Source of the DNA: Octopus sinensis
Taxonomy: Eukaryota
Direction of reading: 5' to 3'
Assembly: GCF_006345805.1 (NCBI RefSeq)
Contig: NC_043000.1
Location: forward strand, 103,292,001 to 103,356,000
Length of the DNA: 64,000 bases
Position numbers and translations under genes: made by a program. The notes beneath the pieces were generated by a model that saw only the letters and a list, made by a program, of their open reading frames with translations, did no database searches and was not told the DNA's origin. Positions 52,047 through 64,000 of the stretch are shown one piece after another; the first letter of the stretch is position 1, and each line of letters starts with the position of its first letter.

Positions 52047-53311
52047 TCACACACCCATACATATATACATACAGACATGTGTGTGTATGTGTGTGTGTGA
52101 ATGTGCGCCTGTGCAGTCAAGGCATGAATGGAGATGAAGAAAATAAATAAAATTAATTATGTATTAATTGGAATATTTCTCATAAGGAATGCTCAGGCTT
52201 CATAAGTTAATTGTGAGAACTTCACATCCATTAATCAACGTACGACAACACCCACACACCCACTGAAGTATATATGGAAACTTTACCTCACTGATCCTAC
52301 CCCCAACAACCAATTCTCAAATCTCTCGTCATGCACAATTTCCATAGAACATTAATCAGAGTGAAAACTTTCAGCTTTAGTTGTTTACTTTTGCTGTTTT
52401 CTTGTTCATTTGGAAATAGTATTTACCACTGAAAAAAAGGGGGAAAATTAGTATAAAATCAGTAGATTGTGAAGGCAATTCTCACAGTAGAGTATCATTG
52501 GTTTATTGTGAGAGTTATTCACATACTGTGAGATGGTATTATAACGGAAGAATTTACACAAATTGCTTTCTCGTCGTCGTACGAACAAGTCGTCACTCGC
52601 GAACGAGTATGGTTTGGTAATGCGTACCATATTTTCGCTTATTGTTTTTGGTTACTATGCAAGCATCAGCAGATATAGACACCTTCTCCAGTCTACTGCC
52701 CTTCGACCCAACGAAACATCCAGAAAATAACAACTGGAGCGAGCTAGAACTTCGCCAGCATTTGGTTTCTATTTATTTTGAGGTGAATAACTAGAGCAGC
52801 ATGAAATGAAGTGCCTTGTTCAAAGACACAATTCACCTCACAATCCATAAATTGAACCCATGATATTATGATTGTGAGTCGAACACACTAACCACAAGAA
52901 AACGCTCCTTCATTTTCTGGTTGGGTTCATTTACAAATTGTTCTGGTCATTAGCTGTCCTTTGATCTTTGCAATATGATAATCACCAATACACCAATAAA
53001 TATTTACATTTAGATAAGGGAACTTCAATTTGGTCGTTTGATACACTAGAATTAGCAACCAAAATCTCATTCGAATCATATGCTGTTATCTTAAAAACAG
53101 AAATAATATATGGAACAACGCTAGAATGTTTTTGATCTCATCTTCTACGTCCGCCATTCGACCTGCAAGAAATAACTGTCATTTCTCCTAACTTCCCTTA
53201 ATTATGTATTTCACCCAGCCTAAAATAAATTGGCATCGTATTTTTGTAATAAACAATTGATTGTCAGAAAAAGAATGAACAAAAAAACTGTCATTTCTCT
53301 CTTGTGCTACA

Positions 53312-53542
53312 TATTTCTTTACTACCCACAAGGGGCTAAACACAGAGAGGACAAACAAGGACAGACAAACGAATTAAGTCGATTACATCGACCCCAGTGC
53401 GTAACTGGTACTTAATTTATCGACCCCAAAAGGATGACAGGCAAAGTCGACCTCGGCGGAATTTGAACTCAGAACGTAACGGCAGACGAAATACGGCTAC
53501 GAATTTCGCCCGGCGTGCTAACGTTTCTGCCAGCTCGCCGCC
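53312..53542 (-). mobile_element. Young monomeric family B SINE
   Basis: 18-bp TSD TTTCTCTCTTGTGCTACA at 53294-53311 and 53543-53560. Confidence 0.95.
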
Positions 53543-54627
53543 TTTCTCTCTTGTGCTACAGTCCGAGCTTTGTGATTAAAGAATCAATCCGAGCCATCAG
53601 ACAGCTTAACTTTCATATAGCAAGGCAAACTTATTACACTTATTTTTAATTTTTTAATTTTTTTGTGGATCGGTAGAATCGTAAAAGCAACGGACAAAAT
53701 GCGTCGCGGCATTTATTCGTTTTTTGTGTGTTTTGAGTTCAAATCCTGACGAAGTCACTTCTGCTCTTCATCCCTCCGATGTCGACAACATAAAGCACTA
53801 ATGAAATCTCGGGCGTTGATTTAAATGACTAACCCTTTCTCCCTAAATTCAAAGTCTTGTGTCTATATAAGAAACAATCATTTGCCGAAAGCGGACCATC
53901 ACAACTATTTCATTTCCATTATGAAGAATACATTGCATGTACTGTTTAGCAACAAGAGTAATAGGTAGTCAAGATCTTTAAGGATAAATAGTGCACCAGA
54001 GAACTGAAACCAGATTGCAAACTTAGTCTGAGCTGGAGGAACGCAGCCATCAATTCTATTTGTAAATCGCAGATCCTTTTCCTCATCAAGCCACTGAGGT
54101 TAGTATCAAAAGACAGCATGAATTTCCATTTTCTTTCTCATTTGGGGGCAAAATGAATCAAGAGAATTTGGGATTCCATTTAAATACAGTATCAGTTTCG
54201 TCACGTCATAAGGGAAATATGCCAAGACTTTCCATAGATTTTCGTTCAGAATCTGTTAGCGAAATTTAATACCTGCCTCACAGGAAGTCGTCTGTTTTAT
54301 TCGTCAGTCGTCTTCATCATATTTTGACACTTAACGAAGGAGCCTGTACAAGGTCACCCGAACTGCTAACAATAGCAACCAAATCTTCTTCAAATCACCC
54401 CCCACCAAAACTTCTGCTTTAAATACAAAAAGGTCACATTGGCTAATGCAGTCGTACCTCCTCCCTAAAAATATTATAACATCTGTGGTCAGGGTTGACT
54501 TGGGACTAAGCATCACCACCAACTTCTCAGAAAATTGTTACGAGACGTGTGTGTACGTGTGTATATCATTGGTTTCTATATGTGTGTGAGTACATACACC
54601 ACACACACGCACATAGACACACATACA

Positions 54628-54726
<99 letters not shown>

Positions 54727-54773
54727 CAATGATAAATCTCAGAGCGAGTTATAAACAGTAGCAGCAACACATC

Positions 54774-54916
54774 GTGACGTATATTTGCCATTTGAATATG
54801 GAGGGCACAGAAAGTGTGTCTATAGCCAGCTGGAGGAGGTGTCCCCCTGGGGCTACAAACTACAGTAGCATTCACCCTTAGGGGTTAGCCATATTCAAAT
54901 GGCAAATATACGTCAC
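54774..54916. repeat. 143-bp segment bounded by perfect 28-bp inverted repeats
   Basis: GTGACGTATATTTGCCATTTGAATATGG at 54774-54801, exact reverse complement at 54889-54916. Confidence 0.95.
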
Positions 54917-55536
54917 TATATATATATATATTATATATATATATATATATTCACACATATTCTTAAACAGGCTCTTTAAATTTTCATGCACAAAAGTATC
55001 TTTAAGTAAGCCAGTCCCACTTGTAAAACGGACATTAGTTAATAACGGATAGCCAAACATATTAGTAGACCGGAACATATTCACCCCCACTGATACAATA
55101 GATGCTACACTCACTAAAAATAGACACACAAATATATAACGTTAGCTATAAGAACAAAATGCACTTTGATTACAGAATGGATGAATATGTTTCTGAAACC
55201 TCATAAAACAGATCACAGCATGTATCACACAAAACCACAAATTGATGGTTAGAATTTATTACAATAACACTAAAATGAAAAACATCCTCATCGTCGCGAA
55301 ACCACAAATTTAGAAACCATAAAACCTACTTTCTGAATTTAATACAGATGTTCAATATAAGCTTTATAACTAGACAGTACATATGGTGCACGAGTAAAAT
55401 GCTCTCAAGTCGGAGATATGAAGACACTATAATGCACAAAACAAGGAATGCAATTAGAGAGAGAGACGTTGGTCGACAGGAAAAGGTAGAATTCCACAAT
55501 AAATACGTGCCGTACACAATAGCTTTTGCCGAACTA

Positions 55537-56102
55537 TTGGGTTGTCCGGAAAGTTCGTGCCGATTTATAGTAGCTTACTTTTCGACTTATTTTAGAACAT
55601 TGTTGAGTCCATTAAATAGGATTTGACTACACCTCCATTTAAAGCACAGTTTAAGCTATCTTTTCGTGGAAGAAGATTTATGTTCCTATAATCTGTGTTA
55701 ATTCCGTAACCCTTTAAAATGGAAGATAAGAAAGGTCATTTTCGGCACTTGATGCTTTGGGAACCAGACAAAAATTGCTGCAGCTCGGCTGGGATGTATT
55801 ACCCCACACTCCATATTCACCAGATATTGCTCCTTCGGATTTCCACTTATTCAGGTCTCTGCAGAATAGTCTGAATGGTAAAAATTTCAATTCCTTGCAT
55901 GACGTAAAAAGATACCTTGATGAATTCTTTGCCATGAAACCACCTCAATTCTGGGAAGAGGGTATTTTCAAGTTAAAGGAAAGATGGAGACGCATTGTGC
56001 AACAAAATGGTTCATATATGGTTGACTAAAAATGTAATGGCAAGTATTTATTGACCTTTTTCTTTCCTTTAAAAATCGGCATGAACTTTCCGGACAACCC
56101 AA
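55537..56102 (+). mobile_element. Internally deleted mariner (mellifera-subfamily-like), 566 bp
   Basis: TA TSD; TIR TTGGGTTGTCCGGAAAGTTC(G/A)TGCCGATTT; MEDKKGHFRHLML fused out of frame to TRQKLLQLGWDVLPHTPYSPDIAPSDFHLFRSLQNSLNGKNF...NGSYMVD. Confidence 0.95.
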
Positions 56103-56643
56103 TAATTTACAGGGATGTTACAGAGCCGATAACAAGACAACACCGACTATTAAGAGGTGGGTGGAGACAAACACAATGGCGCGCGCGCACGTCTGCATAC
56201 ACACAGGCACACACACAAACACACGCACAAACACACACACACACACTTCAGTTTTCGTCAATAAAATTTGTTGACAATACTTTGGTCGGTTCGGTGTTAT
56301 AGTAGAAGATACTTGCCCAAGGTGCTGTGAAGCGGGACAGAACCCAATATCACGTGCTTGGGAGTGTGTATAGATATGAGTGTGTGCATGTGTGTGTTCG
56401 TGTGTGTGTTTGTGTGTGTGTTTTACGAAACTAATATAGAGTATTTAATTTAATCGCAATGTTCCTTGATTAAGCGACTAGTTCCAATAAGAAGTATATA
56501 ATTTCTATGGTGTATGAAATACTAATTTCGGCGCCTTGATAAGGAGGAGAAGCTTACTCTTTTAATTAACTAACTTCCATAACTACATCTTTGTCCATGT
56601 TGCGATCAAGTTTCAATTCTCAGCTGAACGACACACATACATA

Positions 56644-57430
56644 CAGGGTACGATGGATAAATTATCGTCATTTTATATTTTTAATTTTGTGCTTGCGCAT
56701 TGTTTTTTTTTTTTTTGTCGACTATACAGTATAGTAGGGTCAGTTGGGTACCATCTGTAAGAAAAACAACACCATGACGCAATTCCCTCTGCCAGAAATT
56801 TGGAAACGACATGCTGTACTGCTTGGCATTCGCAACGGAAGCACCCAACACGAACATTTCAGAGTGTCTGGGTGTCAGTCTGAAGACAGTGTAATCTAAG
56901 GACCTGTACCGAAAGTGATAAAAAATCAAATATCCAGTCAACATCATAGTGTTTGAAGTGCTCATTAGTAATGGCGACGTTATGCCTCCATTCATCTACT
57001 CACACGGCCTCAGACTCAACACAGAGGCCTACATCAAATACCTGAAGTGGGTAGTGCTTCCCGGGTGGCTGCTGGAAGACCCTATGTCTGACCACAGGAC
57101 TCTGCAACATGCCACACAAGCAGGAGAATCCAGTCAAGGCTGTCAGACAGTTTCTGTAACCACAACATCCCAAACATCTCGCCAGACCGCAACCCCCTTG
57201 ATAATTATATGTGGGACGCAGTTGAGCGAGGGACCAACAAAACTCCTTGTAACACCAAAGATGAACTGAAGGCAAAGATTATGGTAACATTCACCAACTT
57301 AAACAGGGAGACCATCCAGAAGAGTTGCAGGAGATTCCGAAGTCGTCTGGAGGACGTGGTTGAAGCCAATGGTTTTTTTTTTTAAATAAATTTACTCTTT
57401 AGTATTTCAAGAAATTTTTATGCAATGTTG
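56644..57430 (+). mobile_element. Decayed DD37D (maT-type) transposon
   Basis: TA-CAGGGT start; KIKYPVNIIVF...GDVMPPFI..GLRLNTEAY, QDSATCHTS, SPDRNPLDNYMWDAVE...CRRFRSRLEDVVEANG; right end cut by a SINE. Confidence 0.85.
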
Positions 57431-57432
57431 GT

Positions 57433-57583
57433 GAGGTGTGGTAAGTAGCTTGCTTACCAACCACATGGTTCCGGATTGAGTCCCAATGCGTGGCACCTTG
57501 GGCAAATGTCTTCTACTATAGCTTCGGGCCGACTAAAGCCTTGTGAGTGGATTTGATAGACAGAAACTGAAAGAAGCCCGCCG

Positions 57584-57637
<54 letters not shown>

Positions 57638-57855
57638 TGTGTGTGTGTCTGCTTGTACCCCATGTCCACCATCGCTTGACAACCGATACTTGTGTGTTTA
57701 CGACCCCGTAACTTAGTAGTTCGGCAAAAGAAAACTGTAGGATAAGTACTAGGCTTATCCTGTACTAGGCTTATCCAGTGGTCAGTTTGTTCGACTAAAG
57801 CCGGTACTCCAGCATGGTCATAGTCAAATGACTGAAATAAAGAATAAATAAAAGA
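57433..57855 (+). mobile_element. Family A SINE
   Basis: Colinear homology to 3556-3965. Confidence 0.88.
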
Positions 57856-58177
57856 ATATCTGTTAAAATGAGACGTCAATGTTATTTCATTTTCGCGTAA
57901 TTTGGACGACAGTTTATTCACCGCACCTGTATACAGACAAAAGGTAAGAGGCAGATCGAAAAAAACGTTACGGTACACAAAGGAATTGAACTTAACCTCC
58001 AAATTCGTTAACCAGGATTAGATCCACGTCGTCCAGAGTGGGTATAAGAGAAATCCAGGCGAGCTGATATGGAGATAGTGTGACAGATGAACCCGATTAG
58101 GCTTGGCGTAAACATAAACAGATATAGGTACACATTGATACAGACAGAACGTGTATGTATGTGTGTGTGTGTGTGTG

Positions 58178-58225
<48 letters not shown>

Positions 58226-58474
58226 AACTATTTGCACGAATTTTTTGAGTATTAACGTTTATGTGCATGCAATTATGAAGAAGTCTAATCACCAATATAT
58301 TTTTTTTCCTTTTGTGTTCAGTCTGTGCAGCCAACTGAATGCGTGTCTTGTTCGACCACCAACTTATTACACAATTAACCCCACATCACAAAATTCATAC
58401 AAAATTTTTTTAAAAAACGGGTAATACCGTGGCTTTCTCGTTCCTTCTTTCCATCTTTGATGTCTGTCGATTTG

Positions 58475-58788
<314 letters not shown>

Positions 58789-59186
58789 CTACATATGCGC
58801 GCGTGTGTGTGTGCGCGGGCGCTTATGTCTTTCTATCTTTGGTATTCATTTATTTACTCTCTCTTTTTCCTACATCTTATATCTACCTATCGTTCTTTCG
58901 GCTTATCAATCAATTTCTTTATCTTTCTGCCTGCCTCCATTTCTGTTTATCTGTTTTTCTTTCTTTCTTTGTTTCTTTTTTGTTGACCCTTTCTTTCATT
59001 TTTTTTTATATATTGCTAACATATTTAGTTGTCGAGTCTGCACGCACGCACGCACGTCTGTTGAAGAATAGATGGATAACTTGCGCACCATTGTTAACTA
59101 ATGCTTTATTCCTTGATCCACTGCTGTGTCATCAGCTGGTTGTTATTTTTGTTCTTGCTTGCTACTGCTGCTGTTGTTGCTGTTGC

Positions 59187-59239
<53 letters not shown>

Positions 59240-59909
59240 ATGATGCAGTTATCATTGTAATAGACTCCAACCTCTATACCATCACTCTCACGCCACCGAT
59301 GACATAAGAGAATGCAAAATAAAAAAAAAGATAACGAACAGAATTTCCCCACCCCCTCCAAAAATAGCATATATAAATATATATAAAAAAAATTGAACGA
59401 TATCCTTTAATGAAAAGGTGGGAAAGGAGTTGGGAAGATGGAGGGGAGAGGAGAAGTTTGTGTCCGGTTGGCATGGCAATACATGAGATCTTGGAGAATG
59501 TGTGGATGGTGTTGGCAATGGTAGTGATGGTGGTGATACAGAGGGAGAAATGGGAGAGGGTGATACGAAAAAGAAGAAAAAGAGAGGGTAAAAGAAAAAG
59601 AGAAGGTAAAAATGAAATCACACACACACACACACACACACACACATGCACACACATTTGTATATAAAGTAAATGTATTAAGAAATCCCGTTTCTGATCT
59701 ATGAATAAGCGTTTTGTTCTCTAACGAGGAAGGAGACGGCTTACGCATCTACACAGCCAGATCATGAACCTTAGTGCCCCCCATCAGAGGGTTTCATGTA
59801 GATACAACTGCAGCCGGTTTCACCTCCCTTGCCCTAACACATTTTTTTACGTGACCTTTTGGAAATGAAATGTTAGGTCAATGAATACGAATACGTATTA
59901 TATGTAAAT

Positions 59910-60559
59910 ATGCATCCATCCATCCATCCATCTATCCATCCATCCATACATACATACATACATACATACATACATACATACATACATACATACATACATA
60001 CATACATACATACATACATGATACATACATACATGATACATACATACATGATACATACATACATACATGCATGCATGCATACATACATATATACATACAT
60101 ACATAATATATCCATCCATCCATCAATACATACATACATACATATATACAGACATACATACATACATAATACAGACATCCATCCATCCATCCATACATAC
60201 ATATTACATACATACATACATACATATTACATACATACATACATACATACATCAATACATACATACATACATACATCAATACATACATACATACATACAT
60301 AATACAGACATCCATCCATCCATCCATATATACATACATACATATTACATACATACATACATGCATACATAATACATACATACATGCATGCATACATACA
60401 TACATATAATGTATTTACACACATTCATTTATATATGTATGTATATATATATATGTATATGTATGTATACATATACATATATATGTATGTATACATATAT
60501 GTATGTATACATATACATACATATTATATTTAACTACATGTGCGATGTGTATGTCCGTA

Positions 60560-60592
<33 letters not shown>

Positions 60593-60636
60593 TGTATGTA
60601 TGTATGTATGTACTATGTATGTATGTATGTATGTAT
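59910..60636. repeat. Complex (ATAC/ATCC)n tract that switches to (GTAT)n
   Basis: Directly visible; orientation flips at about 60410-60540. Confidence 0.95.
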
Positions 60637-61090
60637 ATATTTAAAGGTCGTTGGAGTGTGTGGTGCGGGTTGTTATTCAGTGAGACAATCATTGACATTC
60701 GAGGGAACTTGTAGTGGTGGTCTGTGTCGGCATGAATCAATTGGATAGAAATATTTTTTCCTTACCTTTATTCGTTTTCTCTACTGCGATGAAGGTTACA
60801 GACCGATTTTCTTTCTTCCCCAAACACGATAACATATCACTCAGTTAGATATACCTACTGCACAGTACTGTATTTTGTGCATGTGAAGATGGGGACTGGT
60901 GGAGAGACAGTGACGGGTTGGGTACATGTGTGTAAGAAAGGGTTTGACATACGGAGTCAGAGGCACTCAGACATGGAGGAAAAAGTGAGTGAATGTGAGA
61001 GACATAAAAATAATGACCGTGAGAGAAGGAAATTATGAAAAATACGCATAAGTAGACAGGTTGATAGAATGATAAATGTGTTTATTAAAT

Positions 61091-61515
61091 ATAGGTGCAG
61101 GAGTGGCTGTGTGGTAAGTAGCTTGCTTACTAACCACATGGTTCTGGGTTCATTCCAACTGCGTAGCACCTTGGGCAAGTGTCTTCTACTATAGCCTCGG
61201 GCCGACCAAAGCATTGTGAGTGGATTTGGTAGACGGAAACCGAAAGAATCCCGTCGTATATATGTATATATATATATGTGTGTGTGTGTATATGTTTGTG
61301 TCTATGTTTGTCCCTCCAACAACGCTTGACAACTGATGGTGGTGTGTTTACGTCCTCGTAACTTAGCGGTTCGGCAAAATAGACCGATAGAATTAGTACT
61401 AGGCTTCCAAAGAATAAGTCGTGGAGTTGAGTTGCTCGACTAAAGGCCGTGCTCCAGCATGGCTGCAGCCAAATGACTGAAACAAGTAAAAGAGTAAAAG
61501 AGAAAGAGTAAAGAG
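61091..61515 (+). mobile_element. Full-length family A SINE
   Basis: Close match to 3556-3965, (AAAGAGT)n-like tail. Confidence 0.92.
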
Positions 61516-61519
61516 TATA

Positions 61520-61930
61520 AGGTTTGTAATTTTAAATAAAAGGGTTAGTTGATACCATCGACCTCAGTACTTGACTGTTACTTTATATAATCGACCCCCG
61601 ATGAGTGAAAAGCAAAATTGACGGTGTGGAGATTTGAACTCAAAAACCTAAAGGGCCAGAATGAATACCAAAAGGTATTTTTCCTACGCTCTAACGATTT
61701 TCTATCTAGATTGATAGAAATAAAGGTTTCACATTTTGTTACCAGGCCAACAATTTTGGAGAAAGTCATGTGTGTGAGTGGGGTGTAGTTGATACCATCA
61801 ATCCAGTACTTAACTGGTACTTTACTTTACCTGCGCCAAAAGGATGATAAGCAAAGTTGACCTCAGCAAGATTTGAAACCTGGGAGTAAAAGACCGGAAG
61901 CAATATGCTATTGCAAGATATTTCTTCTGA
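61520..61930 (-). mobile_element. Two old family B SINEs in tandem
   Basis: Two GTACTTTA...AAAGTTGAC...ATTTGAA cores. Confidence 0.7.
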
Positions 61931-62225
61931 CGTTTTCATGTCTGATTCTGTCTACTTAACCGATTGTGACTGCTCAGCGACCAAAAGTGAGAAACAGTTA
62001 TTGGTCAAAGAGTGAGAGATGGCGGATTAAATTGTACGAACGAGTAAAGATGATGATGATGATGATGATGACGACGACGACGACGATGTAGTTATCGTAA
62101 TAGACTCCACCTTACCACCATCAGTTCTACTCCATCGATGGTATAAGAGAATACATATACGTACGCATGTACAAACATACACAACAACACACACGCACAC
62201 ATCCAGGAAGAGGGAGAGATGGGGA

Positions 62226-62275
<50 letters not shown>

Positions 62276-62418
62276 ACTGTGGCATGAAACACGAGTCGCG
62301 AGAAAAGAATTTAGTTTGCGTAAACCATATAATCGAGTACACACTTCCTCATTCGTCAACAAATGTAAGGCTTAACCTTACTACCTACACAGACTCGCAT
62401 ATATGTATGTGTGTGTGC

Positions 62419-62502
<84 letters not shown>

Positions 62503-62790
62503 TGTGTTGTGTATGTATATATATATATAATATACACACACAAAATTGGTAGATGGAAACAAGAAAATTCTATCGTAATTGTGTGTGTGTGTGCATACAC
62601 ACGATGAAATTCTGTACTGTTTCCGTCTACCAATTTTTCGCTTAAAAACGAGTAGTCAACCAGTGGCTGCAAAAGGAGATGCTCACTGAAAGTTCACTGT
62701 TGTAGAAGAAAACCCTCAAACAATGTAGCCTGCTATTAACCATTAAGGGTTTCGGATTTTGACTAAGTGGACGTTCTGCTGGCCCACAAT

Positions 62791-62888
<98 letters not shown>

Positions 62889-63677
62889 TATATATATGTA
62901 TATTTATTAGCTTTGTCCAAGCCTAATTAGGTTACCTATGAAGAAGACCAAAGTAAGCGATCCCCTCAAACTATGAATTCACAAACACTTTCCACCTTAC
63001 AAGAATGAAAGATGACTCAGTGTATCGAAGACATAAAAAGATGATTATAACATATCTGTATTCCTATCATTAGCTGCCCAAACGGTTATCACTGTGGTTT
63101 TGACGCCTAGTCTATAAAATTCAATCCGGTGGTGTCCACAGCGTTAAAAATATAAACGTTGCCTAGGAATCCATCAGTTAGTTACTACAAGTAACAACAT
63201 AAGAATAAACAGACACTGATAACTTATAGCTACAAAATAGTGGTTATGACAAAGAAATAATTCCAAAACGGACATTCTGGCAATATAACAAGTGTAGATA
63301 ACTAGATACCTTGTTTCTCAACCAATATCACATTACGAACATAATATCGTACCCAAAACGAGACTGATAACGATAAGCGGAACAGTACATCTCGTAAACA
63401 ACGTTCTCGAACTATGTACAATGAAAAGGACACTTTTAGATAGATATCTATGAAATAAGTTCAATAGTGTAAAATATATTAACCAAATAAACTGGTTTAT
63501 TAAAATCAAAACAATAAGAAAAGAGAAATAGAATTCAACCAAATTACACACACACCACACACACACATCTTTAATTAAAACGAATAATTAACACTTCTCA
63601 ATTACAAAGAGACTAAATAATCTTTATATATATACATATGTATGTATATACATACATACATACATATATACATACAT

Positions 63678-63770
63678 ACTTCTTTCCTTCTTTCCTGAGC
63701 GTCCAATAATACTATATTTGTTCCACGTCCTCGCGTTGTTGTGGTTCTTTTTGTGCTTTCTTGTTTGGAT

Positions 63771-63775
<5 letters not shown>
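63678..63775 (+). mobile_element. Penelope-like pLTR family 1 terminal stub
   Basis: Reverse complement of 2443-2525; ends GGATTAAC then (TA)n. Confidence 0.75.
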
Positions 63776-63838
<63 letters not shown>

Positions 63839-64000
63839 TATATATAATCATATATATATATGGCAGAGAGGGTGTGTATGTGACAGATATTGAGTGAGAA
63901 AAAAGATGACGAGATGAAGGGAAATATATAAATGTAGAAAGAGAAAGAGTGAATGGGGAAGAGTAAGAAAGGTCGAAATAAATATAAAAACCAATAAAGA

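Noticed and set aside
59740-59806. Pre-miRNA-like hairpin or minus-strand coding exon
   Set aside because: The stem has a large asymmetric bulge and loop, and all three frames contain stops.

Overview
AT-rich eukaryotic DNA that is almost entirely microsatellites and decayed transposable elements. The SINE families, repeat content and microsatellite load point to an octopod cephalopod (Octopus sp.); this is inferred from recognised repeat types, not a database search. I found no intact host protein-coding gene, and nearly all ORF-track entries are translations of (TA)n/(CA)n/(ATAC)n/(ATCT)n runs or SINEs. Recognisable elements: three tRNA-derived SINE families; LINE remnants (L1/Tx1-like, two RLE R4/Dong-like, CR1/L2-like, RTE-like); a Penelope GIY-YIG remnant; Tc1/mariner remnants of three catalytic types (DD34D mariner, DD37D maT, DD41D rosa); hAT and mariner MITEs; and Helitrons. 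Most interesting: (1) several families of short Penelope-type terminal repeats with minimal hammerhead-ribozyme-like motifs, each docked on a (TA)n run; (2) a polarised 184-bp tandem SINE array inside a single 15-bp TSD; (3) long foldback palindromes, one with no indels and a strongly skewed mismatch spectrum.
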